From Trichoplax adhaerens (taxonomy: Eukaryota; Animalia; Placozoa): DNA of 64,000 nt. Position 1 is the first letter of the stretch; each line of letters begins with the position of its first letter. This document shows, piece by piece, positions 22,101 to 37,710 of this stretch. Below the pieces are notes generated by a model. The model was not told where the DNA came from, ran no database searches, and was given only the letters and a program-made list of their open reading frames with translations. The position numbers and the translations under genes were made by a program. The stretch lies in the NCBI RefSeq assembly GCF_000150275.1, contig NW_002060943.1:11904878-11968877 (forward strand), written 5' to 3'.

Positions 22101-24710
22101 TAATTTATTTCACAGACTTTCATCTTATTTGATTTCTTATTCCTAAAAGGTTAAGATTCAGTAATGCGCTCTAAATTATCTGCAGGTATCCATTCTCCAC
22201 CGCTAGACAACGAAGAGTTGCTCCCGATTGATCCAAAATTAATCAATTCCAAAAGTGCAGCGCAAAATTTTTTTTTTCGAATATATGAAAATTGGTAAGA
22301 ATGAAATTGCGAGAAATGTAAACTTAGCCTTGATCTTAATTTTCTGCGTCTTAAAATACAACTATATCTTGAAATGTAAAGTATTCTAAAACGAGTATTC
22401 TCACTGTATCACGATATTCTTTTTTAAAATGTCAGCTATAACATCCTGGGTTGCCTAGGTAAGAGTTTACCGGACAGTTTTTATGAGAGACTTTCAGGAA
22501 TAATTGAAGATTTTACCGAAGCAACTTTTCCGTTTGGAGAAGTGATTCCTTTATTTCGATTACAAACTATTTTTCATATCCTTATTAGATTCTAATTCTT
22601 GATCTTAAAAAATTAGTTTTAAAAAAATGACGTTGCAATGGTTAGTTTTTCTAAGCTATTTTACGTAGCTTTTTGAAACCATTTATTCAAGCTTGCAATC
22701 AACGCTATTATCAACCAGTTCTGATACCATTTCTACGAATAACAATAACGAAGGCATACCAGGTTCCACTTTCGTCTAGTTAATTAATTATTTTAACTTT
22801 ATTATAAATATTGTTGGTCTTTCATTCCTTCCTTGTAAATAGAATTAATCTTTAAAATTTTTACCTGTTATACCCTACAACTGCTATTCTAAATGAAAAT
22901 TTATAGCGTAGAATACAGTATACGAAATTCGTAATACGATTTTGTGTCATGTTGATTGACGGTAAACAAAATTACTGGGCTCACTTTTAATAATTCATCA
23001 TATAACGCTCTTTATGTTTTTAGCGTTTATCGAAAGAATGGGAACGACATATAGGCTGCCAATATGAGGAGTATGTAATAGTCATTCTTTTGCGTAATTT
23101 AATGTAAATTTTCGATATTCAATAACATTGAGAGTCAGAATTTACATTGTTGTTGCAGTTCAAGATTAATTCCAATCATAACGGTATCTTTACAGTATTA
23201 TACATGTTAGCGAACAAGAAGATCAAGTTGAAATTGACAATCCTCTAAATGAAGAGATCCTTAAAAATAATTTACTTCATAGTGCTAGCAAGGAATTTGC
23301 AGAATTTTTAGGTAAGCTTATTATTTCTATATTTTAAATTGGTTATACGCTAATAAAATCTGGAATTACCTTTTTCAAACATTTTCAGGAATGTGCTTAA
23401 CTTGCAACGGAAGCAATTCAACAACTGGTGAAAGTGAAGGTTGCACATTAATTCATAACTATTTATTTAGTTTAAGTGTTTTAGATGTTTTACAACTACT
23501 ATAGTCAACTTTGTTGCATCTTCGTGAAAAGGAAAAGCTGAGCTATCAAAAGATACCAATAATCTTGGGCAACTGGGCTTACTTATGCTGCAAGATAAGG
23601 TCTGTTCAGTTTTTTTGAAAAGATGTCATACAAGAATATCAAAGTACTGTGCTATCGCTGCCCTAGTATGCTGTTATTACTGCATCTATTTACTGAACGT
23701 ATTCATTATTCCGAGTGTAGTATTTACGAATTACTGTTTTCCTTTTGTACTGCATTAGGATATGTATTTTTTAATCACTGCAAGCCTTTTTAGTAGTTTA
23801 CGATGGAAGAGTGCAGCATACTGTAATAGGGCTTTGGATAGATGCAATCTCGTACTTGAATCGGTATGATAGCTGTTGCATTCGATTAATTATCTAACTT
23901 TAACAAGTAATTTGAGGTGGTATTATTTATCGCTGATTAGGTATTGGTATCGCAATTCAGTAACGAAGGCCTAGTACAGAGCGTTTTTTCGATGTTGTTA
24001 ATGGTATCGTAAATACAGCAAAGTAATAAAGTAACATTGAGAAATGTAAATTTATTATATCGTCATATTTCTTTGCAGGGATTACAAATTCATGGGTCTA
24101 ATAATAACGCGAGGCAATCGCTTATCCACTTGAGCGCTAGATTATACGAACTAGGGGTATTTTTGATATCTTTCGTTTCATTTTTATGTTATAAAATTAC
24201 GATATAATAATATTACAAACAGCTGTGGTTAATGTTTTCATTTACAACTATTCTAGAGAAATAGGTATCCATCATTGAAAAATTTACTTTTAAAGATACC
24301 TGGAAACTCCGTAGAGAGTATTGAGGTTGGAATTCTTCGATTAGTATTAGATAGTTAATATTAATCAATTAAAAACATAAATTTTATTTTAGCATTTTGA
24401 TACGATATTGCCAACTATATCGGAAAGAAAGAAGAAGGATAAAATCTTCAAGGAACTGGTTAATAATGTTATCGGGGTATGCTACGTATATGTCGATATT
24501 CTGACTTTGATATTTCTTTCATGTATGGTGTAGTTTAACTATTCATCATTGGTTGAATTTTAGAAAGATATCAGCGATCTATTTAAGCGAGAATTTATTT
24601 CGACTGAATACATGCTACCACCACAGCAACGAAAGACTAAAAAAGTGGATAGCGGTGACGTCTTGGATTCAGATAGTTCTAATAATATTTTACTCAGCCT
24701 ATTTTCTTAG
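16153..24710 (+). CDS. XPO5: Exportin-5 (about 30 exons)
   Basis: VQQLAMVVGEVLNPATSQQRRHELYM|ICEDIKEKSTNCPRLGLALSQQNYPSLTRHFGLQLLTHCVR|FRWQN; LSRLLVELMKREWPQHWPDLM; LLRLAED; GYLDW; YENCYNILG; IPLFRLQTIFRSFLKPFIQAC; the C-terminus KDISDLFKREF...VLDSDSSNNILLSLFS* is colinear with human XPO5. Confidence 0.93.
16378..16610. mobile_element. 233-bp element bounded by 14-bp perfect inverted repeats in XPO5 intron 1 (MITE-like, or intronic ncRNA)
   Basis: TACATGTATGAATT at 16378-16391 and AATTCATACATGTA at 16597-16610. The outer TA is compatible with a Tc1/mariner-type target duplication; the interior is hairpin-rich. Confidence 0.4.
18435..18539 (+). other. GC-AG intron in XPO5
   Basis: ...ACGCAG|GCAAGT ... 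TAATAG|AATATA keeps phase 0 between ...KSVNTQ and NIINTNRLANSTLMAMTGYLDW. Confidence 0.8.
22576..22664 (+). other. U12-type AT-AC intron in XPO5
   Basis: 5' end ATATCCTT, 3' end TTTTCTAAGCTATTTTAC; removal restores the frame QTIF-R-SFLKPF, matching human RPML-R-VFVKPL. Confidence 0.88.
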
Positions 24711-25312
24711 ACCGTACGCGTATAGACGAAGTCATAAATTTCCAACATATAATTGCAACAGTAATTAATAAGCTACAAAGACAAGCTCGAACATTATATT
24801 GCCGTTGCAAGACATAATCTATAGATTTTATTTACAAATAATTATAATAATATTAATTCTTAACCGAAGCCTACTTTGTTAAATACAATATTGAAGCCAT
24901 ACCATCTGCATAAAATTATTAAATTTATCCAAGGACCCAAAGTGGCATATAACAGAGACATCAAAATTATTTTTCAAATAAATAAATTTTATATGACTGA
25001 TCAGTACCTTTTATCTATTTCTGTCTATAACAATATTTCGCTACTTACAGCACATAATTATAACAATAGGTAGAATTTAAGTAATACTGTAATAAAATAG
25101 TTAAAATTCGTAAGTGTTTCTGCAATAAAATTACATTCGAACAATCTTAGGTCAAAGCTGATATAAATATATATATATATACTGTATATTGATTCCGTTC
25201 ACATTCGATTCGTATTTGACTCCATAATCAAGATCATGATAATTGATAATTATAAACGTCCATACTGCAAATATCATACATAATGCATGCGTGGAAATCG
25301 AAAAAATTTTTC

Positions 25313-28300
25313 TTAATCTTCAGTATTGCGTTCATTGCTCAACAGTAACACTCTATCCAGATCCACATTGTTACCTCTCTAAAAATTTATAAATGATATC
25401 GTTAGCAGATTTCGAGTACAATTGCCGATGTAAGGTGATAGATTGCTATTAATGAATAGATACTTTCATCAATAGGCATACGCGTATGTATTTAGAATAT
25501 GGCTACGTTATTACTGTATATCTTCATTAAACGTAAGAATTAATTAGTTTTGCAAACGGTATTACTAATTTCCAAAAATATCGTGATCTCATGCGTGGTA
25601 TTATCTTTCAGTAATACCATTTAACTGCTTATTATGAAGTCCATGCCGAACAGTCTCAACAGCTCTGGATTGACAAGCGGTATGAAGAGTATTTCTCGAA
25701 CTTATCTAGAGAGTTAGTTATACAGTACGGTATATAGGAACTACCATAAATGCAGCACGAAAAAGAAATGGATATTAAGATAAATAATCATCCATGCTGC
25801 TTTTCAATTTTGTCAAAAGGAAATGCAGCGTATGGTACGTTCAGTACGAAACGATATAACATTTTGCAATGCAACATCTTTGTCTGACCACTTGTTAACC
25901 AAAGTAAGTACAGTATGTGGTATAAGAAACAACTAGTACGTCGCTACAGTAATTGTAATATGTAGTTTAGTGAAATTTACATAATTAAATCAATAATAAA
26001 AATTCGGTAGCAGCTTTGTGGTGATCATTCAACTATAAATAACATCCGTACTGTGAGTACTACTATTATATAGCAAAATTTGAAGTGATAAGGCAATGAT
26101 ACTGACCAATCGTGTTGTTCTGCGCCTTGCGCGTCTGTTACGGCACTTCCAGACGTAAGCAAACATGCCCAATGCTACGACGAGGCAAAATATCCCAAAT
26201 ACACTTGATATGAACATATCATTAAGGAAATGCTATAAAAATCAATGGATACTTTTTATTAGATCACGTCAGTAATTCAATATTCAAGAAACGTTGAAGC
26301 AAGTAGGTATTTAGCCATTAGTTAATATAATACAATATCGATACAGACGAATGAACTCACCTTACCGCTACCTTCTGTACAGCCATGATATTAGTAATAG
26401 AGTAGAAATATTAGTGATGAAATAGTAGGGTTAAAACTTTACGGATTAACATATTGTATTCAAATTATGCATAACAATGCTGTTGATACAGAATTCATAA
26501 TTTAAATTTGCACTAACCTAATGTAGATGTCGAGTTATCGTATGGGTTTCTAGTTCCTTCAATTGTCGGTCTACTTGCAGTGGTTGATTTACTCTTACTG
26601 GTAGGTATACTTTTAGTTGTTGTTTTAATATTAGTTGTTGATTTACTCTCAGTTGTCGGTTTAGTAGCTGATTTAGCCTCAGTTAACGGTTTAGTAGTCG
26701 ATTTAGTCTCGGTCGTTGGTTGACTTGTTGGTGTGCTCTTAGTTGTCGGCCTACTGCCGGTTGTTGGTTTACTAGATACAGAAGTTAGTGTAGAAGATGT
26801 TGCAGTGGTAGCAAGGTAAGGTCGACTGGTTGCTGAGCTTTGAGTGACCAAAGTATCAACACTAGTATTGTTAGACTCTGTCAATGTAAAGTTTTGATTG
26901 GCAGCCGTAGTAAGGGCAACAGAGCTACTTAATTCTGTCGAAGAATACTCAACTATACTTGAAGACGAAAGTAGTAAAGCACTTGTTGATATATGAGATA
27001 GCAAATCACTAGCTATATCTTGACGTGAGTGAGTCGACAAAGAAGGCAAGTGTGGAGTCGTTAAAACTTGACTCCAAGTGGAAGTAATCATAGGTTCCTT
27101 CAATTTTTCGGATAGAATCGAAGTTTGGCCATCAGTGTTGGGGTAGATCACTGTTGATAAATGAAAGGATGTAAGCGATGTTTCAGAATTACGCATGGAA
27201 GATACAGTAGATGGAAGTGCTGTTGTCGAGTCAGCCACAACAGAGGTATTTGTGTCAGTAGCTGACAAAATAGTAGCGCTAGCAGTAATTTGTGACGCAT
27301 AACTAGGTGACGGTGTCCAATCGAGTCCAGTTGTAAGAACGGATACTGATGCCGGTAGTATCGCTTTAGTACTATATATTTGATGCCTGGAGCTTTGTGA
27401 ACCTTCTTTACTGACGGTACTTTTCAGTTTATCAGAATAGGAACTCGTAACTACCATATTATTTCCTATGGTGGCTGTAATTGAAGTAGTCTTCCGCGAA
27501 GAATTAAAGCTAATCGCTTCTGATAAGGAATTAGTTAATTTTAATTTTCCGTTGCTTGTCAAGGAGTCAATTTGAGTTGCACTTGCAACGATCGAAGAGG
27601 TTTCGTAGACGCTATAAATAGACGAAGACGAAAAGCTAGTAATGGCGTCATTTTTAGATTTGTAGACGCTTGTACTGATAGGTGTCGACGTTGCCTTTAT
27701 GGAAGATTCACCAGGTGTACTCTGAAGATGAAAAATGAATCAGTAAATTTTAAGCTGTAGAGTGCGCAATAAACCCGATATTTTACAGTATGAATGAGTA
27801 ATATATAATCTAACCAGCTGGTCAAGGCTGTCTAGGAAATGACATGTTAACATGCCGAGGATTACTCAGTTAAGGTTAATTATTAATTAAGGAGAATGGT
27901 ATAGTAGCGTACTGTTACTACTGTACAATATATCGTTCAGAGTACCTAAAAGTTCGACAAGCAGCAAAACGTCTTAACATACCACTAGCACTATAAATTG
28001 TTGTTATTAGGGTACTGGTTACAGTATTAGATACTGTAGTGAAGAGTAGTAATTTATGAAGTACTTTGTAAGCAGTACCGTATTTAATGAACAAATTTAA
28101 AAGCTAGCAGTAAAGATGTTTGTAGAATGATAGCATTTCAACATAGTACGTCTAATTAATATAGTAGTATACTGATGAGCAGTAAAATATCTGGACTAGA
28201 AAGAGAGTATTTCTGTGGTCATGGACAACTTCATTCACACGAACGTCAATTTTCTTTTCTAAATACATGGAACATAACATGGACAATGGCTTGTTTAATA

Positions 28301-29046
28301 CAGAAGCAACTGCCACTTTTAATTTACCGTATGAAAATTACAATAAATTTTGCGTTCCAAAATCAGAAGCGTTGCTATCGTAGAGTACATTCAATTACGA
28401 CCAGATCATACAAGGTGATACTATGACTTTGTTCGGTTAATTCCATGTTTATAGTACAATTATAACTTAAATTAATGTATACAGTTTTACTTTTCACCCC
28501 CAGTAACTCAGTATTAAGCATCCAACTAGATTACCGCAAAGTACTATTGATATTATTATTACTTTATTTGTGAAGGTACTAACACTAAATTTTGATATTC
28601 TTCAATGGTATCAATTAAAATAGATTAAGAGTTTCTTATTCAATAGTGGTGGCCATTTCTCCTCAATCAAGTACAGTATACACGTCCATTTGCATGATTG
28701 ATTCAAGAAAAAGAACGCGTGCCAAGATTTTCTACAGTATCAATACTTGAAAGATTCAAAGATTGAAGAATCTCATTGAAAATTGGATTCGGTGAGATAT
28801 ATGACTGATTGATGGAATTGATGATTGCAACCATCCGATATAATTTTCAATGGGATTTGTGGCTACCAACTGCATGATGACGTGTCTTTCTTTGTATGTG
28901 AGTGCATTAGCAGTACGGTATGATAGTTGCAATTTTCCACTTACCGAATGAAAAAGTTGCTTTTCCTTATTTTGAGGACGAGCAGCTACTGTTGATAGTA
29001 TTACAAGTACACATAAAATCCAATTTATTTTAAAGAGTGTCGCCAT
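25313..29046 (-). CDS. Mucin-like single-pass type I membrane glycoprotein (orphan); 3' exons uncertain
   Basis: Signal peptide MATLFKINWILCVLVILSTVAA (exon 29046-28945); 1.2-kb S/T-rich exon 27721-26517 with KPTTESKSTT-like repeats; TM FISSVFGIFCLVVALGMFAYVW followed by KCRNRRARRR; putative last exon RGNNVDLDRVLLLSNERNTED*. Confidence 0.75.
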
Positions 29047-29072
29047 TTTCTTTCCTTTGGTGATCAATGATG

Positions 29073-29746
29073 GCCAGTTGTCTTTTCAGTGATGGCGTAG
29101 ATGCTTTGCTGAGTGAATTCAGACGTATGATGCAGTTAAACAGGTGCTGGCTCGAGTCAATCGACTTGCTAATGAAGTGTACTGTACACAATTGACCAGT
29201 TACAGTCGTGTCCAGTACATTGTACGGTACACTACGCTATAAAAGAACGAGGAAAATACTGTACCATAGTCAGAGACTTGCAGTGTAGACGATGACGTTT
29301 CTAGAGTACAGTACTGTACTACTGTACAGTGTACAGTACAGTACAGTACAATTTGTCACAGTACAAAATACTGTAATAGCCAGTTGTCTTTTTAGTGATG
29401 ACGTACTGTACTGTACTTTAGACGCTTGCTGACTGGATTCAGACGTAGTGTACAGTATAGTATCATGCAGTTAAACAAGTGCTGGCTCGACTCAAATCGA
29501 CTTGCTAATAAAGTGTACAGTACATTACTGTACAATTGACCAGTTACAGTCATGTCCAGTGCAGTACATTGTACGGTACACTACCGTACTAAAGAACGAG
29601 GAAAATACCGTACTACAGCCAGAGACTTCAGTGGACGATGACGTTTCTAGAGTACTACTGTACAGTATACAGTACTGTATCGTAAAGACTACTGTACTGT
29701 ACACTGTACAGTACAGTACAGATTTGTCACAGTACAAAATACTGTA
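29073..29746. repeat. Tandem duplication of the mucin-gene upstream region (copy 1 29073-29378, copy 2 29379-29746)
   Basis: GCCAGTTGTCTTTT...GTGCTGGCTCGA...AAGAACGAGGAAAATA...GACGATGACGTTTCTAGAGTAC...ATTTGTCACAGTACAAAATACTGTA occurs twice; copy 2 is longer through TACAG-type insertions. Confidence 0.93.
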
Positions 29747-30129
29747 GCTGTCCATGTCCATACTGTACTGTACTGTACTGTACACTGTACAGTACAGACC
29801 GTAGACACTAGTCAGCCAATTTTTCAACTCTGGTACACGACAGGACAGCAAATGACAAAAGATTACTAAAAAAACAAGGACTTGAGCAATCAATCACTGC
29901 AGTGATGGCGCTTATTGAACTGTCAACCCTCAACTCTAAATAGCAGTTGTTAACCAAATGGCTTCGCAATCGAATTGTATAAGAAGAATAAAGAAGAACA
30001 GAACAATATCGTTTATAGTTTATCGCCAGAATGAAATCTATAATTATTTTTCTAGTGTTGCACATCGTGTGTAGGTTTTACGGTTTACTTTTACTCTACT
30101 TTAAGTGTATGCGTATCTGCGGCCTGAAG

Positions 30130-30440
30130 GTGTACTGTACAATGTACTGTACAGTACTTACGGTACTGGAACTTCACTGGTGGTCGCAAAATCTTTTGCT
30201 GTACTGTACGTACATTATCAAACAGTACAGTACCCAAAATCAGCAGAGGCCTAATACTCTACCGTACAGTGTACAGTACTGTACTGTACTGTACGTTTCT
30301 ACAGAACGGAATGTACTGTACTGTACTGTACACTGTACTGTACGTACTGTACTGTACAGTATTTACCGTATTGCCCTGTACGGTACAGTACAATATTACC
30401 ATTGAGTAATGTAGATCGAGAATTTGCGCATGTGCACGCA
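30130..30440. promoter_or_regulatory. Dense TACAG/CTGTA island and NRF1-like site upstream of ATP6V1D
   Basis: (GTACT)n/(GTACA)n runs at 30130-30395; TGCGCATGTGCA at about 30425. Confidence 0.55.
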
Positions 30441-30536
30441 GAGAAGGGAAGAAATCCGTGATCATCAAGTGACACAGCCAGGAGTGGCCGTACAAAGAAG
30501 CAGCAGCGATCTCGATCATACTCGTACTCTTTCAAG

Positions 30537-32816
30537 ATGTCTAGCAATGATAGATTACCCGTTTTTCCCTCACGAATGTAAGTGGTACAAAATTACATTG
30601 CGTTATAATTTGTTTCATTGGCTTAAAAAGTGATTAAAGACTTCCCTAAAATTTATCATGGAAAGCATAGGACAGTTACACTACAGTTTAAGGTGTGTTG
30701 TAATAATTATATATTAATATTAAATACAGGAACTTGACCGTCATGAAAGGCCGGTTGAAGGGTGCTCAGAAAGGACACAGTTTACTGAAAAAGAAAGCTG
30801 ATGCGTTAACCCTTCGATTTCGAGCAATCCTGAAGAAAATGATTGATGTTAGTACGCTGATTTGTTTAAATTAGGGACTAAAATTGATAGCTAGGCAGTT
30901 TTATTTGTCTGCGTAGAAGCTGTAACAATCTGTAACTGTTCCATATGGCGAGAAGGCATCATCTTAGATTACTTGATTGGTTTAGTTTAATGTACACGTA
31001 GTTTAGCCTTCTACCTAGAGTCATACCCCAAGAAGATTGCATGTCCAGTATTCCATCAGATATCTGAATTGATCGCTTAAACTGTAGAGAGCACGCGTAA
31101 GTGCATCAAGTCCAGTGGTTGACCTACTTAATTAGAATGCTATGTACGATTGCGATGCTGACTGCGTAAAAACTTCACACAGTCTACTCGTATCCATCTC
31201 GCTATTTTGTAGGTATCAGCGAAAAATTGATTACATTAATTATACGTATTACTGCATTATATTATAAATGTTTTATTCGATAGCTGTCCCTTAATGGCTT
31301 GACTTTTCATTTATATTACGTTATACTTAATAATCATCGGACGATTTTGTTTACGTACGTAGACTAAATTGTTGGTTGGTGATATCATGAAAGAAGCGAA
31401 TTACTCATTAGCCGAAGCCAAATTTGCTGCTGGAGATTTTACGTTAGTACTCATGATTGCACTGGCAATCGATACCGATAATTTATAATACTTGCGTGCT
31501 CATAAATTGAATTAGTCCTGAAGTTAAGTCTTACTTGAGTGTTTAAAATGCTAAAGTCTTGTCGTTATTTATTGCAGGCAAGTAGTTCTAGAAAAAGTGG
31601 AACGTGCGAGGACTAAGATCAGAACCGGGAAAGATAATGTTGCAGGTAGGCAAGTTAGGATGTAGCTCTAGTCAATCGTCAATAGGTGATAGATAGTGTG
31701 CAAATACGGATACTGCAATATGTTTCTGTACCTGTATCGTCTTGGTAAAAATATTGTGCCTTGAGTGTCTATACAACAGCTGCTTAAGATTATTACTGTG
31801 TAGTATGTGCTTACATATCATGTATGATGCAGTGAGCTTCAATGTACCGCATTTACCCTAGTAGTTTGAACATATGGTCATCATTCGATGAGCTTTATGG
31901 GCTACTATTTACCGTTAGGGGATCCGTCTTGCGATTATAGAGTAGAATATTTCTAGAAGAGGCGTTATAATGAGTACAGTTATTATTACCAATTTTTAAT
32001 TGTATTCTTTTTCTCTAGGTGTTCAGCTACCGAACTTTGAACCGTTTTCGGAGGGTGTAGACTGTATGTAATAGATCTACCTTTCAGCGTCTATTAATTT
32101 TTAATGTTTATACAAAATACTTATGCAAGCTCGATTATAAAATTTCTATCAATTGAAAATGAAAACAATTAATCAAAATTGCACTTAATTCTTAGCAAAT
32201 GAATTAACTGGCTTATCTAGAGGTGGCCAACAGGTTACTCATGCAAGGGAAGTTTATGCAAAAGCTGTTACTTTGCTGATCGATTTAGCATCCATGCAGG
32301 TAAAGATGTTATATCATAAGATTTCTACTAGCTAGGGACAGAACAGTTCTTTTAATGCAATTCTTAATTAAAACTGCAATTTTGCCTGGTAGACTGCATT
32401 TATCGTCCTTGATGAAGCTATCAAAGTCACCAATAGGCGTGTTAATGCCATTGAACACGTTATTATCCCTCGAATTGAAAACACTATTTCTTACATCACT
32501 TCAGAACTAGACGAAAGGGATCGTGAGGAGTTTTACAGGTTAGTATTCTTATGGGTATTTAATAAAGCTTATAAACTCATGATTTTGAAAAAATCTGTAG
32601 ATTGAAAAAAATTCAAGAAAAGAAAAAGAAATTGAAGGTTGCTAAAGAAGAAGAAATGAAAATATTAGGTAAAATACCGCAAGTGTTATTTGTAGCAATA
32701 TAATTATTACCACGCAGTACGTTATAATGAGAGCTTCTCGATTATTTTCAGGCGTTGGTGATGAAGATACAAAGAATATTTTAGAGGATTCTAAGGATGA
32801 AGATGTAATATTTTAA
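30537..32816 (+). CDS. ATP6V1D: V-type proton ATPase subunit D (9 exons)
   Basis: [14 protein letters not shown]|[39 protein letters not shown]...KDNVAGVQLPNF...[10 protein letters not shown]...LASMQ|[49 protein letters not shown]|LKKIQEKK...DEDVIF*. Confidence 0.98.
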
Positions 32817-33975
32817 CGCGAATCATCCTTACCGTCTCATTTGGGTCCTATAGAGATCTTGTTTGCTAATTTATAGTACCATTAATGTCAATTTTATCTG
32901 TGATGATAAGATAGGATACAAACAAATGCAGCCAACGCTTCCATTTTTATAGATATTTGATGTTATTTGTCTTGATGATGTGCTGTCTTACAATACATCT
33001 AAATTTCTGCTGCTTCTGATACATGAACAGACGCAATTTCAGCAGCAATGTGTGCGGTACCGCAGATCTATTATATCATACATCCGAAAATATATCATTA
33101 TTAATTTTAACAAAAGCCGTTATAGCTTATTCTATTGTATCTTGGCAAGTTATAACTATAGTCTTATTAGTATAGTATTTGTAAGTAATTGCATCAATTG
33201 TACTGTATTGGTCAAGCTTTATATTTCAAGATTTGTATTTAATATTGTCACTGCTATTAAACAGTTGATGAGCATTAATTAACAGTAAATAAAGTATAAG
33301 TAAAACGCATTTTACCATGGTATGCGATGAATTTTTAACCTGCGCATCACCTAGCTCTCGCCATAATGGCTGATGCTTTACTGCAGGTAACAGTTTCTTA
33401 TAATCGCTGATGACATAATTATTTATTCTCACATACTTTACTACGTATATTTTATCGCATAAGCCAATTATACGTGTGTTGTTGCATCTTTATTACAAGA
33501 AAACAAGAATACATGTGAGCTCGTTAGAGATAACAATAAGGGCTAGTTTATCTTCACGGTTAATTCCTAGTGCACTGTAAATCAGCGAGCAATCAGTGAG
33601 TTAAATATGTCAAACTGAGAAATATTTGTTGCAGAACATCGTACCAGGCTACAATATGATAAAGTTACTGGTACAAGGTTATTCCGATTTTAATTTTAAA
33701 TGATGACCAGTCATAGTATTCATCATTTCTAGAAAGCCCTCCAGGATTGCACCAATTCCGGTAGACTACCGTACAGTAATTAGCACGGCACTCCTATTTT
33801 AACTTTAGAAATATAAATAGACTGCTGTCTAGAAATATACTCAAGCAGTGACAGGTCAGAAACTTGCAGCTGCAAGTGTTGAGTAGGTTATCCTGTTGTA
33901 AACAGATTATAGTGCCGAGTTTGCACAATTCCCCTGAAATTCTGTTCCATATGAAAGATTTTTCTCTGACTGTAA

Positions 33976-36994
<3,019 letters not shown>

Positions 36995-37064
36995 TAATTG
37001 ATCCTGTCATCGATACTGACTGCAGCAGAGAATTTAAAAAGCATCATCAAAATGATTTTGTAGC

Positions 37065-37255
37065 TTTACAGTGTACAGTACAGTGTAGTACTTTTTTACT
37101 CTAGCCCATGTACTGTACACTGTACCGTAGAAAAAGATCACCCGTCCCCCAGGATTTGTTAGTTTAGCACATAGTGTACTGAATACTGATAGTGTACCTG
37201 TACTATGAACACTTCAGAGTCAATGCTAGACAGTGATGTACTGTACTGTACAGTG
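37065..37255. promoter_or_regulatory. Divergent SLC35C1/TTL promoter with TACAG island
   Basis: TACAGTGTACAGTACAGT, TGTACTGTACACTGTAC and GTACTGTACTGTACAGT between ATG 36994 (-) and ATG 37711 (+). Confidence 0.55.
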
Positions 37256-37710
37256 TTCTCACTGGACTCTGCATTCTGCAGTTAGTCAGTCAGCCCGAGT
37301 CAGCAACATAAAATCAATCAATGGTGCATTTTGAATTTGGCGGAAATTTGGTTTAACATCGAGAAACTGCTTTCTGTTTCGACCATCTGTCTAAGATTGG
37401 TTAAATAATGCTGCTGTTGTAATGTTATTCATGTTTTATCTTCTATATACTGTACTGTAACATACAGTCATTTGATACACGCGTACTGTAGGTTCTTTAT
37501 AATGATGTATCATGTACAGTAGTTATCATTGCTAGTAAAATACGCGTACGTCGGTGATAAGGAAATTTAAATACTAAAGTCGTATGTAAATACTAGCGTT
37601 TAATAGACTTCACATTAAATAACGCTTTAACTGTGAGTTCAGTAAAACAACAATCCCGATTTTCGCCCGAAAAATAAACAGCAGACTTTGTATTACACTG
37701 AATTACTAGA

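Noticed and set aside
24564-24710. Suspected frameshift in the last XPO5 exon
   Set aside because: Recounting shows an open frame (KREFISTEYMLPP...LFS*).
29502-30633. Y/C/T/V/S-rich ORFs on both strands (also 9667-9897 and 48767-49333)
   Set aside because: They are translations of the stop-poor TACAG/CTGTA microsatellite.
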